The notes: generated by a model from the letters alone, not told the origin. Counted from the stretch's first letter, positions 1-13,898 are shown. The stretch: 64,000 nucleotides of DNA from Bigelowiella natans CCMP2755 (GCA_000320545.1 ADNK01001417.1:2535-66534), one strand, 5' to 3'. Numbers and translations: made by a program.

Positions 1-455
1 TAGTTAATATCTGACTGTGGCATCGGATGGTTCTGATCAACATCGACCTGATGAAACCAAAGAGAAAATGTGGTTGGTGGCGCAAGACAGAGTTCAGAAT
101 CAATTTGAATTTCAATGATCAATTTTGCAGTGACATATGTTGTGCAACGTAATTCCTACCCCGACGTAATGAAACTTATCTGATGGCCATCGAATTGCCT
201 CCCTGAAGGATTGATATGTGAAAGTTGAAAATGTAATGTTGGGCGCAGACACGCAACATTTCCAACTCTCTCTTTCTCTCCCCACCTATGCAAGGTCTCA
301 AATCTCTGCTTCTTGAAGGTGAATGAAATGACGGTGATGGTTTCGGGATAGCTGCCTTCAAAACAAAACAAACAATGAGATTTGTGCTAGGCCATAACGA
401 TAGGCGAATAAACCAAATCTGAGGTGATCGAATTACATGCGCACGACAAAGAAGG

Positions 456-506
<51 letters not shown>

Positions 507-996
507 AGAGAGAGAGGGATTGCGGTGGTGGTAGTAAAAACGATGATGAAAGGTCCCACCGACAACTTCTTTGAATCGGCATATGGAGAACAGTAAATTT
601 TCGAAGCTGAATAGATTGAGGACGTCAGTTATTAGGATATGGCATGCTGAGCGTCTCCTAATTTCTCACAATATTTGTTTTCTTCTCTCTCATGGAGCTG
701 CTGTCCGTAGTTACCTGTCTCTTGCATGCTCTTCAGTAACAGCTCGATCTCGTACACTGGATGGTTTTCCAAACCTGATGGATGATGACGGAAGTACAGC
801 AGATATATTAGTCTAAATTTGTTATTGATGATCATCATCATCACCACTACCACCATTCTTTATCATGATTGTGTTAAGATAGACAAGTTGTACGAACCAT
901 CCTTTATCATGATTGTGTTAGGATAGACAAGCTGTACGAACCATCCATGGGCGTCCGCAACCCACCAGTAACTCTGTGCTTCGCTCCTAAGTTGTA

Positions 997-1041
<45 letters not shown>

Positions 1042-2334
1042 GTGTGTGTGTGTTGAAGGAATAGTGAGAGAAAAGGGGAAGAGGAAGTGGTGGTAGTAGG
1101 GTTTAAAGAGAAGGTTGCACAAGTCCTACATCTTCGTCACTCCAATTAAACTTGGTATACATTTTCTGTATCATCGATGACTTGTGTACACTCTACAATT
1201 TATGGTCGTGTTGGTACTATTTAATACTTACCAAATGAAAGTGTGGGTGATTAGTGGCTCTGCATTTCGTTGATGCTATTATCGTCACTATCATTATGCA
1301 GAAGTACATCACACCTTGGGCCTCCTTCAAGCCTCGTTTCACCCCCGCTGAACACCAGTAGTGCCTGGGTGGAAGAGACACAGCAGCAGCCAGCAGATTC
1401 ATCATCAACTTGGAAGTAAAGAGGGCCTAAATACTCCCGCTTCTGACCTTCTCGTTGTTGGCTGCAATTTCTACTCCTACGCATTAGGAAAAAAATGTTT
1501 AGGTTGGGTGTCATCTGCTCTAATAAGCATCCCATGCAGTGATGTAATCAAGTACCTGCGCGGATGTGATTGAGAAAGGCAGGAAGCTGTTTTTCCTGAT
1601 AGCTCATAAGAATCCAGGGTGACTTAAAGTCATCTGCATCCTATAGCAAAACCAACTAGATGAGCGCTATGCCCGATGTGCCGTAACAATTTCGAAGCAT
1701 GGTTATCATTATTCTTCAATTGCACACGGAGGTGAAGGAGGAGGCTGAGGGAAAGCAGGCGAATGAACAAGCTTCTACTGTCTACTACAAAAAGGAGATT
1801 CGACCTCAAAGTTAGCACCCGTGAAAACTGAATGCCCTGCAACTACAATTAGGTCCTTGCACTCCCTCCACAGCTGCTCGGTTTTATCCTTGTTTGGAGG
1901 CTGAATAATGTCACGATTGAATGAGTCCATCAGCTTTCGGTGCATAAGTGATGCGTAATTGGAAGCCGGGTATATGAGGGTGGAGTATACCGTGGATAAT
2001 TCTGTTCCCCGTGCACCGTTTGTGTGCATATATGGCCCGCTTTTATCATAAGATCATTGGTCATTGAATAAGAATGCTTGTCATCACCACCGCCAGCCGC
2101 ACCACGGTACTACCACCTGTGAAATCCAATTGAGAAGTTGAGAACCAGCACTGTAGCAACGCTTCCGAGGATCAAACCCAGCAGCAAGCTGGCGGGATGC
2201 GACTGCACCCAGAATCGCTTTACCGAAAGCCTGAGGAGGAAAGGGGAGACCGCACGTCATCGTCGCATCCAAACCAAATTAGCCGAATTTTTGCATGACC
2301 TGCCTCCTTGTAGTACTGAAGAATACAGAGACAT
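1..2334 (-). CDS. DUF218-like / YOR238W-family protein, multi-exon; 3' end at or beyond the window start
   Basis: Spliced reading MSLYSSVLQGGR|LSVKRFW...(TM segment)...DLIVVAGHSVFTG...LLVFSGGETRLEGGPR...VTEEHARD.ENLLFSICRFKEVV|GSYPETITVISFTFKKQRFETLHR matches the family motifs; GT-AG introns. Confidence 0.8.
858..945. repeat. 44-bp tandem duplication, intronic
   Basis: ctttatcatgattgtgtta(a/g)gatagacaag(t/c)tgtacgaaccatc x2 with 2 mismatches. Confidence 0.9.
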
Positions 2335-2603
2335 TAAAGGAGGCGGAGGATCAGGAGACGGGGGAGGAGGGGAAGGAGGCCGCCCAACATGCACAGCCTG
2401 GGGCTATCTGAACTTCGAATTGATTTGAACAGGTTCTCATAGGCAAGAAGAAGACGATCCAGGTATTTCCCGGTATTATCCGGTATTTTCGTCTTATATC
2501 CGGTATTTGCCCGGAAATATCCCGGAGAATATCCGGAGAGAACCCACACAAAAACGCGCCAGACCCCTCCTCGTCCTGGACACGGAGTCTGGCATCGTGC
2601 CGG
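2335..2603. promoter_or_regulatory. Putative bidirectional promoter (DUF218-like / carrier) with phased CCGG array
   Basis: 269 bp between divergent ATGs; CCGG at 2470, 2480, 2500, 2511, 2522, 2533. Confidence 0.65.
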
Positions 2604-3506
2604 ATGGTGGCCGAGTCTAGCAATGAAGCCATTGCTGTGGTGAAAGATCTTGTTGCTGGAACGGTAGGAGGATGTGGGGGGATAGTTGCGGGCCAGCCGT
2701 TGGACACGATCAAGGTTCGCCTGCAGAGTCCGAAAACAAGGAATTTGTACACAGGTGTACTGCACTGCTTTCAGAAAGTCGTTAAGGACGAGGGTTTTTT
2801 GGCTTTCTTCAAAGGAATAACGTCCCCGCTAATTGGAAATGTTCCTATGCAAGCTGTAGTATTTGGCATGAATGGGAATGCCAACCGGTTGATGGACAAA
2901 TATATTCCCTCCCTACGAGAGAAAAAAGACGATGTTAGTCGAAAGCCGAATTTCGTTCGGCTTTACATTGCTGGATCATGGGCAGGAGTTGGTCAGCTTT
3001 CTGTATGTGTACCTGTTGAGCTCGTGAAGTGCAGGCTCCAGGTGCAGCAGGATGCTAAAGTTAAACTCTACAATGGCCCCTTAGATTGTGTGAAGAAAAT
3101 ATGGAAGAACAATGGAGCGCTAGGTTTTTATCGAGGTTTTTGGCCTACATTCTGGCGTGATGGGCCCACATATGGACTCTACTTTGTAGTATACGAGTTT
3201 TTCAAGTGGAAGACATTAGATGAAGAAGGGAATAGCTCTATGTCATCTCTTTTATTTGCTGGTGGTATGGCCGGAGTATGCACATGGCTATTCACGTATC
3301 CTTTTGATGTTGTAAAATCTGTCATTCAAACTCTTCCAGATAATGCTCCAAGACAGGAAATGTCGATGATATATCAATTTTCCACGAATTACAAGCTACA
3401 TGGTACCAAATTCTTCACGCAAGGCTTGAGTGCTTGCCTTATTAGGGCTATCCCTGCAAACGCAGCTACGTTTCTGCTCTACGAATTAACTCTCAAGTTT
3501 ATTTGA
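2604..3506 (+). CDS. Mitochondrial carrier (SLC25; carnitine/acylcarnitine or basic amino acid carrier-like), intronless
   Basis: 300-aa ORF with three PxDxxK/R-type signatures (PLDTIKVRLQ, PVELVKCRLQ, PFDVVKSVIQ). Confidence 0.95.
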   Translation: MVAESSNEAIAVVKDLVAGTVGGCGGIVAGQPLDTIKVRLQSPKTRNLYTGVLHCFQKVVKDEGFLAFFKGITSPLIGNVPMQAVVFGMNGNANRLMDKYIPSLREKKDDVSRKPNFVRLYIAGSWAGVGQLSVCVPVELVKCRLQVQQDAKVKLYNGPLDCVKKIWKNNGALGFYRGFWPTFWRDGPTYGLYFVVYEFFKWKTLDEEGNSSMSSLLFAGGMAGVCTWLFTYPFDVVKSVIQTLPDNAPRQEMSMIYQFSTNYKLHGTKFFTQGLSACLIRAIPANAATFLLYELTLKFI

Positions 3507-3689
3507 AATCAGATTATAATTTATGTAGAGAAGCAGGATAGGACCAGGACGGAGCTAAGTGTATTAGATCGACATGAATGTACAACAGTAGAGAGTCGTT
3601 GTCAGTTCGCACATGATAATCAACCATCAACATGTATGTATAATTGTTAGTTTTATTGACGAACATGCACATCGCCATGTCCATCAGAA

Positions 3690-4038
3690 ATAAAAATTAG
3701 CTTCAATATATCATCATGCATATGTTTTGTGCATGTTCCGTGTATCTTTTCTAGTTTTCGTTTCGTCGTCGCGCATCACTATCTAGCTATGCTGGTATGC
3801 GATGGCATGGCAGTATAGGGTTGATATATGTTTGATATGTGTGGTGACAATTGTGGTGTGCAATGCTACGCTAGAATGGGTATATATGGGCAAGAAAGCA
3901 AATGATCCACAATCTAATTGATTATCATTACTATAGCTAGATTACTACATCCGACTATTATACATCTTCGATGATGTTGCACGCTGCGCATGTGTGCACA
4001 CACGACAGACGTACATGTATACGCACTTATTACACACT

Positions 4039-4077
<39 letters not shown>

Positions 4078-4400
4078 CCTAGTAGCTACTAGACATCACA
4101 CATCATGCACTATACGTGATAGCCCGCACATGATCGGCTAGATGAGTCGGACTAATATTGACGCTGCAGCGTCAGCCACATGCACACGCACACACCTATG
4201 CATATTACTTGTTATTGTGCGCGCACCGAGCTCATATATGTATAGGTCTATCTAGCTAGCTAGACGACGGGTGAATATTTGCGGCAACCCTGCTACATGC
4301 TAGCGCGAGCGCATATGTGTCAATACCCAATGCGTGCTTGCTAGCAGCCAGCTATGTATGCAATACGAGATATATCATCCTATCTATCGTATCGTATGTG
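3690..4400. other. Convergent-junction island A (CTAG/GCATGC/RY-rich spacer)
   Basis: Non-coding, between carrier (+) and RPL37A (-) 3' ends; ctagctagctag, gctagc, catgca, tgtgcacac. Confidence 0.75.
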
Positions 4401-4765
4401 CTACGTTCTGGAAAATTGTAGAAAAAGAATATGATGTAGAAGATAATGATGTAGTTTGCTATGTGTGCGCATGTTCGGTGACCCAGTGTGTATCAAATAA
4501 GAGCGATAAAAGACTAAAAAAGATATTTTAACCCTATATTTTAAATTGTTCCAATATGCGTATGAACATATCTGAACATACACGCACCGTACGAAGGGAC
4601 AGGAAGAGAGGGAGTAGGAGAGCGAGCGAGATAGAGGGGGGGGGAAGAGAAGGGTATAGACTCACACATAACAATAAACTAATACGATAACACACTACGC
4701 ACACACGCACACACACCAAGTGTGTATTTTTAGAACGTTTTATATTTTTTATAACAATTTCATGA

Positions 4766-4786
4766 GAAGGGAGGCAGAGGGAGCGA

Positions 4787-4843
<57 letters not shown>

Positions 4844-4905
4844 GGAGAGGGAGAGGGAGAGAGGAAGAGGAAAGGGAAGAGGGTGATCGAGAATGGGAGA
4901 GGTAG
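4766..4905. repeat. (GA)n / polypurine tract
   Basis: Long gagaga run with flanking purine-rich sequence. Confidence 0.9.
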
Positions 4906-5313
4906 AGAATCAGAGGATTCTATGCATAACCATATATTAAATGATATTATTTACGGTCTAAATGAATTTAGCATATCTAGATGTCAATACGTAAATATAA
5001 CTTCTCCATATTTCTTCAACTTGAAAGCGTGATCACAATGTATAAAACAAATCGGTAGTATGAAAGAATGTGTACGTCTTTTGTTTGTTAGTAGTAGGGC
5101 AGTTCACTGTAGAGAGAAATCAATTATCTGATATCGAATGAGTATCCTTAGATGGCCATAATTAAAATTAAATGAAATTGGTTTCATGTAACATATAGAT
5201 ACAGCCTACATGATAGCTACAAATTAATCATATGATTTTCTATGTAAAACTTGCGGCAACATGTAACAGATATCTCGTGCTATCAGCGAAATCATTTGCC
5301 CAGGACTTTTAAT

Positions 5314-5654
5314 TTACTCGACCTTAGCTTCTCGCAGACGGCGAATGGTCGACATAACAGCTGCATTTGTAGATGTACGAGGATCCCATGCACCACCAGA
5401 GATTGTCTTACGGCAACCCTTACATTTCCAAATACCGACGCATGAGCGCTTCATGGTGTCCTTTCCGCAGAACTGGCAAGTGTAGGTTGCGTGCTGGCTA
5501 ACTTCCATCTTCTTGATGAGCTTACGAAGGGAAGCACCGTAACGTGTTCCGTATTTACCAACTACTCCGACCTTTCTTGTACGTTTTCCCTGCAATCACA
5601 ATTTTGCATTAATACTCAATTGCCATGAGGGTGGAGGGGGGGAAAGGTTACCAT
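5314..5654 (-). CDS. RPL37A: 60S ribosomal protein L37a (eL43); intron directly after the ATG
   Basis: ATG|gtaacc...ttgcag|GGA AAA CGT gives [24 protein letters not shown]; C4 zinc finger CQFC...CKGC. Confidence 0.97.
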
Positions 5655-6169
5655 GATGTCCGCTTCGGCTTTTTGGCGTCGGCGAATTACAAACACGATA
5701 AATATTTTTCAACGATTTTCTCCAAAACAATTTCTCGGTTTTTACACCAATGAGCTGAAGGAGATATTTCAGAGACTCTCTGCATAGTTTCTATCATGAA
5801 ACTGTTCCACAGATGCGACAAGGATCAGGATCGGTTCTAAGCTAAAAATGGGTGGGTTAGCGTGAGAATTTACCAAAACTGGCCTTTCTCTACGTCGACG
5901 TCGATCAATCTGGAGGCTCTCGATGTAAATCATGCGACAAGCTGATCTCATTGACGTCCAAGGAAAACATAATGGATTACTGTCATGAGACACATGTTCC
6001 ATTCAGAGAACATTTAGGCACAGTGTGTCATACTGTGTATTAAAATAAGTGAGTTATGATCCAACGACTAAAGTATTTCACCTGATTTAGTTGGAAAAAG
6101 ACTGCATTCTCATTTGTTTTAGCTAAAAAGCTAAGTCTGATTTGTACGTCACATCCTTCATAACAAAAG
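5655..6169. promoter_or_regulatory. Putative bidirectional promoter RPL37A / RPE
   Basis: Divergent ATGs 515 bp apart; TGCGACA at 5814 and 5933. Confidence 0.6.
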
Positions 6170-7655
6170 ATGGCCGCCCTGACACGCCCCCTTTATGCTT
6201 CGCTCGCGGTCTCCGCAGTCCTACTTACCGCCCTCGTGGCGCTCCGTTCGAGGACGAATAACGTGGCATTGGGTATCAGAACTAGAGCTGCTGCTTCTAG
6301 CTTAGTGAGTCCAGCGCTCGCTCGTGTCCAGGCGCGACAATTCATCAAGCAGTCTATTCCTCCCTCCTTCCAGTGCCCGGTCATATTAGAAAAGATCGCA
6401 CATTAAATCCACATTCTAGATTGGCGAAACAATTACATGCGCCATATTATAATAGAATCGAAAGTAGCATCATATTTTTTGCTGCATTTCTAGGTGCATA
6501 GACAACAGGGATTTTTTTACATTTATACACTTGTTTCATATATTTGTATTTTAATATATTCATTATATATTTTACTTTGTGTCTTCAACAGCGCGGAGCA
6601 ACTCGCCCTCTTCGTTCTTACGCTGAATTGCAGCAAATTGCCAACGAAGCTCACGAAGGTACAATGCGAAGTATACGATTCTCCTCTTCTCATGAAATTC
6701 AAGCTTTGCCTTTTAAACATTCTTTCCATAGGCAACAAAATGCTTATTGCCCCTTCTATCCTCTCGGCAAATTTCGCGAAGCTGGGTGAGGATGTCGACA
6801 GGGTTCTTGCTGATGGCGCTGACGTTGTTCACTTCGATGTAATGGATAACCACTACGTGCCCAATCTTACTATCGGCCCCATGGTTTGCAAGGCACTTCG
6901 CGATCATGGTTAAACTCTATTCTGCAGTTCAACAGAATATTGTGCTCACATTCCTTCCTCTTTAAAAGGTGTAACTGCACCTATCGATGTTCACCTGATG
7001 GTGAGTCCTGTTGACCGCATCATCCCGGACTTTATTGCAGCTGGGGCAAGCTACATCACCTTCCACCCTGAGGTATTACCAGAGTTTTTCTAATCCTAAA
7101 ATTGTTCTAACCTGTCCTCTTTTTTTGTAGGCTTCTCTCCACGTTGATCGTTCCTTGCAGATGATCAAAGATGCAGGCCTTAAGTGTGGTCTGGTCTTCA
7201 ACCCTGCCACTCCTTTGGACATCCTTGAATACGTTATTGACAAGGTAGACATCAATGATAAATTGCATGAGTTCACCTCTAATATGCATTATACGTGTTC
7301 AGGTTGATATCGTCCTTCTTATGTCCGTCAATCCTGGATTTGGAGGACAGAAATTCATCCCTAACACTCTTGAGAAGGCCAAAAAGGCTCGCGCGCTTAT
7401 CGATGCTGAGATGGCTCGCAGTGGACGTAAGATCCGTCTAGAGATCGATGGTGGAGTTAGCCCTGCAAACATTAAGGTGGGTCTTTGTAAACATATTGGT
7501 GACCATCTCTGATTCACTTTCGTTTACAGGAAGTTGCAGCTGCAGGGGTTGACATGTTTGTTGCTGGTTCTGCTATCTTCAACACCCCTGACTACAAGGA
7601 AACCATCGACACCATGCGTGCGGAACTTGCTCAAGTTGAGCCAGTTTCTGCATAG
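6170..7655 (+). CDS. rpe: Ribulose-phosphate 3-epimerase with bipartite plastid-targeting leader, multi-exon
   Basis: [62 protein letters not shown]; hydrophobic signal ([14 protein letters not shown]) followed by a Ser/Arg/Ala-rich transit-like segment. Confidence 0.95.
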
Positions 7656-7859
7656 GGAAGATGATTCTATCGCGGGTATTTCGACAAAGCAAATTCAGCT
7701 GACTAAATTACCATACAGCATCAGTATGTTCCGTAGTCGGGAACCATACACAGTGCGTATATTCGATGTAATCGACCGAAAATACTAAATTTACAGAGGA
7801 ATGAACAAGAGTGATTTCAAGAAAATATTGCACCGCTTCCTAATAATATGCTTCCATTA

Positions 7860-8500
7860 TCCAGTCATACCTGCTGTGTACATCGCGCGGTCTCTCAGCA
7901 CGCACACATTACAAGTTAGATCGCAATACAATACATGTAAGCGCACATCCTCCAACGCATGCCTCCAAGCACATGCATAAACACGGCGGCGGCATGCAGG
8001 TCGCCGCTGAGCGACGATGTGCACCGACAATGGCGTGCATGCTAGCATGGACAGCTAGATGGCACATACAAAGCAGAGCCGTCGCCAACAATAAGCAGCG
8101 CGGAATCATGGCACTACACATAGCACTTCTCGCATAGTTCTTGCGATGATGTCACAGTTGTCTTGCAACGCCGCACAGCAAAGTGGCAAACATTGTGGTC
8201 TAGTGGTGACCAACACAACATTCAATGGCTAGATAGACTAGCGCAGTGAATCGAATGTGAATCGTATCACATGCGATAAAACAAGCATCGAAAATTGTGC
8301 ATGCTGAAGCGCATACTCTAGTACTCTTGGCCTAGTGTTGCTTGCATTGCATTACTAGTTGCATGCATCAAGACAATTTCTAGATTTTGACGATGGCAAC
8401 ACAGACGCATGAGCCGTTTCTAGACACGCGCTATTGAGGATTGAAACTAAGAAACAACATGAAGAACTGCGAATTGGCATGTGCACACGCTAGGATCGAC
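7860..8500. other. Convergent-junction island B
   Basis: Between RPE (+) and UTP21 (-) 3' ends; gcatgctagcatg, tgcatgca, repeated ctag. Confidence 0.75.
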
Positions 8501-8660
8501 AATGAATGAGATGCTCAAGAATAAATGAGAAAGTTGTGTGCTCACGTATAAAATCTGGACATAAACATTGAAATTTCCAGAGAACTAAAGTCAAATTGTT
8601 TGGCTTATTTTACGACAGAAATTGATGCCTGGTATCTATCATTCGAACATGAACATATTC

Positions 8661-9690
8661 CTATTGTTGTATGCCAGATAAATGATTCACCATACAAAGC
8701 GTGTAATGGAACTGGCGCTCCACGGCACGCCAGGTTTCTTTTTGCACCTCCCGCACCGCTTTTAATTTTTTCCTTAGCGTGAACTTATGAGACATTATAT
8801 TTTCATGATGTACCTATAACAAAAGAAGTGTGTCATCACACGAATGAATTGAGTGCCAAACACCGCTAACATACCTTCAGAAACAGCGACAGGATGGCAT
8901 TTATAAACTCGAAATTACGAAGTGATTTGATCTCAGCTTCAAAGTAAGTAAGAGCCGCGGCAAGATCTCGTCTTTCCGTATTAGGATCAGATGCCAAATT
9001 TCTAATTTCGGCATCAATGGCAGAGGGACCGAGCCCACGGAGAAACTCTGTCACAGGTTGAAAAGGAGATGATAATGATGATGATGATGATTCCGAAGAT
9101 GAATTCAGACTCTTCTCATCTCCTATTTCTCGTGGGTTACTCCCATTTCCCTTCGAATCCTTTGCATTGTTGTTGTTGTTGTTGTTGTTCTTGTAAGCAG
9201 CAGCAGCAGTCACCATAAGCCTCGTCAGTCTGGATTCAGGTAATATCGAGCCAGATTTTCCATGTACCCTCTGCTTGCTATCCCCTTCTTGCTCAAGTGA
9301 CGACGCCAATGTTTCAGGGTTCAAAGTAGGATTTATTCCTGATGTCACATTGAGGAAGAAGGGGGCTTCCGGGGGTGCCTTGACGGGCATTGAAGGCTTA
9401 TTTCTCTCCTTGATCATCTCTAGGCTGTTGAGATGTGCCCACCTTGATTCAGGGAGGCCGGAGAGAGTCAATGCTCCTTTGCACTTAGGGATGACACCCC
9501 CTTTCATATGAATTGTGGAAAACAATGAGTCGTCGTTGTCTTTCTCATCAGCATCTGCCTGCTGTTTCGCAACAGTACTACTCTGTGACGGGTCATTGGT
9601 ATGTTCCAGTGATTCCACGTCAATCTCATGAGGCGTGCTTGGGACTCCACCGCCAAGATAGACATGCCCGCTGTAGGTCTGAGTAGTCAA

Positions 9691-9728
<38 letters not shown>

Positions 9729-10238
9729 CGAGAAATAATACATTGATATCAAAGCATATAACGCATGAATCAATCATTACGGACCTTATTTGCCCAGAGG
9801 AATAACCCCACGTTTCCAGTGTGTGCGGTAACAAGAAAATCGCCTGAAAACATACGCGTATGACAACACGCTTGTTAGTAAAAAAGTCAAAAATATCAAT
9901 TAATCAATCAATCCGTGAAGATGCAGACGGTTCTAGGATATGTCTGCATCTATGTTCTTGCAACCTCTAGAAGAAAAGGCCAGAGAAACTGGTGCTTTGG
10001 AGAAAACCATCCAATCAATCATTCTTCCAGAGGGTATGTCAAACACACGAATGCCCCCTTGTAGTAGTAGCAGCAGCAGTGATAAGTTAAATTAGATGGC
10101 AAACACCAGTGCGATTTGTGAAAGTGAATGTACCATCCATGCAGCTTGTTCCCACCCACCGCCCATCAGGCGAGAAAGCCATGTCCGTGATCTAAGTCGT
10201 CGTCATTACGATTTATATTACATTTGAGATAGCATATG

Positions 10239-10271
<33 letters not shown>

Positions 10272-11601
10272 CGACGTTGATGACGTTGATGACATTTCTT
10301 GAGCAAGTAAAAGCACCAACATTACAAACTGTGCGTCTATGGCACTTTTCCATTATCTGTACCTCACCCTTCATCGTTGATTTTCTCTCTTAATATTCTA
10401 GTGAAAACAGTATATACGCACGTACCCTGTTTGCGTGAACATTCTCGCCTCCAAACCGCCTAACTATCTTGCCTATAAATAATGTGTCATTTGTTGCTGC
10501 TGCTGATGATTGATGATGATTGATTCGCCCCGTCCCTTCTCCCCCCCAACCCTACCGTATACTTTGATTGTTGCTTTGATATGTGACCATCTACTGCTAC
10601 TACTACTACTACTACTACTACTACCACTATTACTACTACTACTACTACTACCAGATCTAATGTCAATGACGCAGACGGATAGGTCATCCACCGCGACTGC
10701 AGCAAGTTCCGACGCATGGCATAAAACGAGTTGAGACACAGCCAAACGAGGAACTTGCCTAACTGCGGTCGCTGAGGATGATGGAGGAGATTTTGTTGTT
10801 GTTGTTGCTGCTGCTGCTATCCTCTTCTCGTCGTCTTCTTCTTCTTCCTCCTCCTCCTCCTCCTCCTCCTCCTCTTCCTCCATTTGCTTTTGTCCCACTC
10901 CGCTGTAGTCGAGGTCAGGAATTACCACCTTTACCAGAAATAGCAGGAACAAGTGAGAGAATAAATAACAATGCATGCAAACTAACACTATGCTAATGAA
11001 TACATCGTTTCTTACGGTCTACTGTGGTGATTGATTAGTACACACCATTTTAAGCAGTTTAAATTCTTGGAAATCCCAGATCTTAACACACCTGATGTCA
11101 TAATAGCTCAGAGCATCATCATCGTCGTCATCATCGTCGTCATCATCGCATGAAAGCATACATGCAAATACACTCACCCATCAAGGCTCGATGACACAAG
11201 AGAAAGGTTCACTGAATCGACTGCAACACCAGTCACTGCCAAACCGTGTGCTTTCTTTGCTTCTGATGTAGTTGGGCACCGTTAAATATATGCATGTACA
11301 GTATTTTATATTATTAATATGATTAACATTTAGTGTATGGTGTGCGTAATCTCTTTGATCACCAGATAAATATTCTTTACAACAGGTCTTCTCACATATT
11401 TCCAATTACTTTTAGGATACGCTGCTTTAAAATTTCCACTTTGAAGATTGTATCGTTCAACCCGACCCTGATATCATGATCATGATCATCATCATCATCA
11501 TGATCATCATCGCATCAGCATTCTCATAATCATCCTTGCTTCTTTTTTGACCACTACCACTAGTAGCAAGCATTGCAAACATTAAACAAAAGTAGTAGTA
11601 A

Positions 11602-11639
<38 letters not shown>

Positions 11640-13898
11640 CATTTTCTGTTCCAATGATAGTGAAATGGCCGCATGAGCTAATGCATACGGCCGTGACCAC
11701 TTCCTTCTTCTTCCTTCCGCCATGGGTTGCTCCTAATTGACGAAGAACCCACAATCAATAACAATGATGATAATGGCGAAAGAGTAAAAACTCGATCGAT
11801 TCTCGTGATATGCTAGGCCAGTGCGATGTAATACCTCCCCCTATTCTACGTTTTCCGAGTCGTTTTTGCGTGAAATTCCACGTTGATGCAAGGGGGTCGT
11901 TTTTATGGCAAGCAACGACATTTGGCCAATTTCGTTCACGTGCTGATGAAGATGGAGAAGGACAACAAAACAGCACTTAGTAATTGTGCATTGTGCTCGA
12001 TCATTGGTGTGAGAGGAAGGTACCAACATGCAACCATATCATTAATAATCGCTATGATTACCAATAGAAGCTTCGAACCCTGTTATTTGTGCGAGCGGCC
12101 GATTCCCTACTCCCTGGTGGTGTTGTTGGCCATAATGATAGGGATAGGTCGTCATACAAAGGAGAAAGAAACAGAAGAGAGATAGCAGCATCAAATAGCG
12201 ATATCAACAATATTGAAACGACGATTATTATGGTTGCTATAGGGGGCACTCTTTCTTCACGAACTCCAGAATCCTCCTCCTCCTCCCTCCTCCTCCTCCT
12301 CCTCCTCCTACCAGCACTATCACTACCACAACACACCCTAAGCTTCTTCCGTGCTCGTTGCAGCCCCTTCCCTTGTGAGAGCTCTGCCGACTGTTGTGGC
12401 CGATACAGGTTGAACACACGAAACGTGCGATCTAGTCCAGAAGACAACACATGATCCGACGTCGTGTCTGCTGCGTAGAACCGCACACGAGAGGGGGGGA
12501 GGCTGTGCCCTGCACGGGATTTTAGCAGCCTCGGAATACCCGGTGATGAAGCGTTTCCACTGCTGTCATCACCACCTCCTTTATCGAATATCCATACCTG
12601 CGTGACACATATTCACGCATCATCACCAAAAGGTATTCTCAGTATATAAAATCCTTCCAAACATACAATGATAGCACACTCTTGGCCAGGAGCCATGTAG
12701 CGGTAACAAGAAGCATTCTTTGAAGAATCAAGCACCTCACCTTTATGGCATTGTCTTGACCGGATGTGATGAGAAGGGGCTCGCTCGGGACAAATACAAC
12801 CGAAGTAACAGGGCCATCATGAGCGTCTTCGATCACCTGAAAACATCATACGGAGTCATTCCAAGTAGGCTGATGTATATCTTCATTCATTATCATATTT
12901 ATTGTTTTTAAGTGGCAATTCAAGCAGCACTACTCGAAGGAGCAATGCAATAGCTGTGACAGACATTGTATCTACCGTGACTAATTGTCGTTTTTTCAGA
13001 TCCCACACGGCCAAATGACCAGCCTTACATCCAGACACGAGGCATGGTGCAGGGTTTTTCACCCCCCCTCCTCCGCCATTTCCTTGAGCTGCTACTTTCG
13101 ACGACTGCCAAGTAGAGGACCGGAACGATACCGCCGTAACTAATATTAACATTTTACTTATTGCTTGAAGCTATTGGTTAACTGCAGCAAAAGTAGCAAT
13201 AGAACCTTCCCCATGCTCCGGCTCATGAAGGAAGCGCATGACGGTCTTTTATCCAAAAACACACGTACACATGGAGAGGATTATAGCCAGTCGTAGATTC
13301 AGTAAGTTATTCTTCTTCGAGGCGCAAGTTAGGTGGTATAAGTAGGACCTTATCGTATTTTAAGTTGTGAACGGCTATCATTCCATTGGCAAATCCGATC
13401 CCAACCACCTTTCAGTAGAACAAGGACAAGTTAGAAGACAACTAATGACAACCAACCATTAATACACCCAGACCAACCCAGTCCATCGATTAGAAAAAAG
13501 CACGAGAAGTGGCAAAAACAGCAACTGGAAAAACAAGAACATATAAGATTTGTTTGTTTTCAACTGTACATCGATTGCTGTGGACTGTGACACGCATGTA
13601 ATTGCGGACAGGTTTGTTGCTTTTGAGACTGATTTGCTCAGATTGTTTTTCCCAGACGACCAGGGCCTTTGGTGGAGAGCTTCAGCATCAAACGCATGGA
13701 CTCGTCGCCCACTCATTAGGTTCCACAACTCAAACGATCCATCAGAGAAACCGAGTACAACTTTATTTAGGTAAGTAGCTGGGTGCTCCAGTGTTAGAAT
13801 CCTGCGATCTTGTGCGTCATTCTTGCAAATTTCAAGGCGACGTTGTAATGCGCGTTCGTTCACATCCCACACATCTACTGTTTGGTTTTCGCCCACAG

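Noticed and set aside
8725-8750. Apparent frameshift in the last UTP21 exon
   Set aside because: Recounting the T run gives an intact frame (VQKETWRAVERQF)
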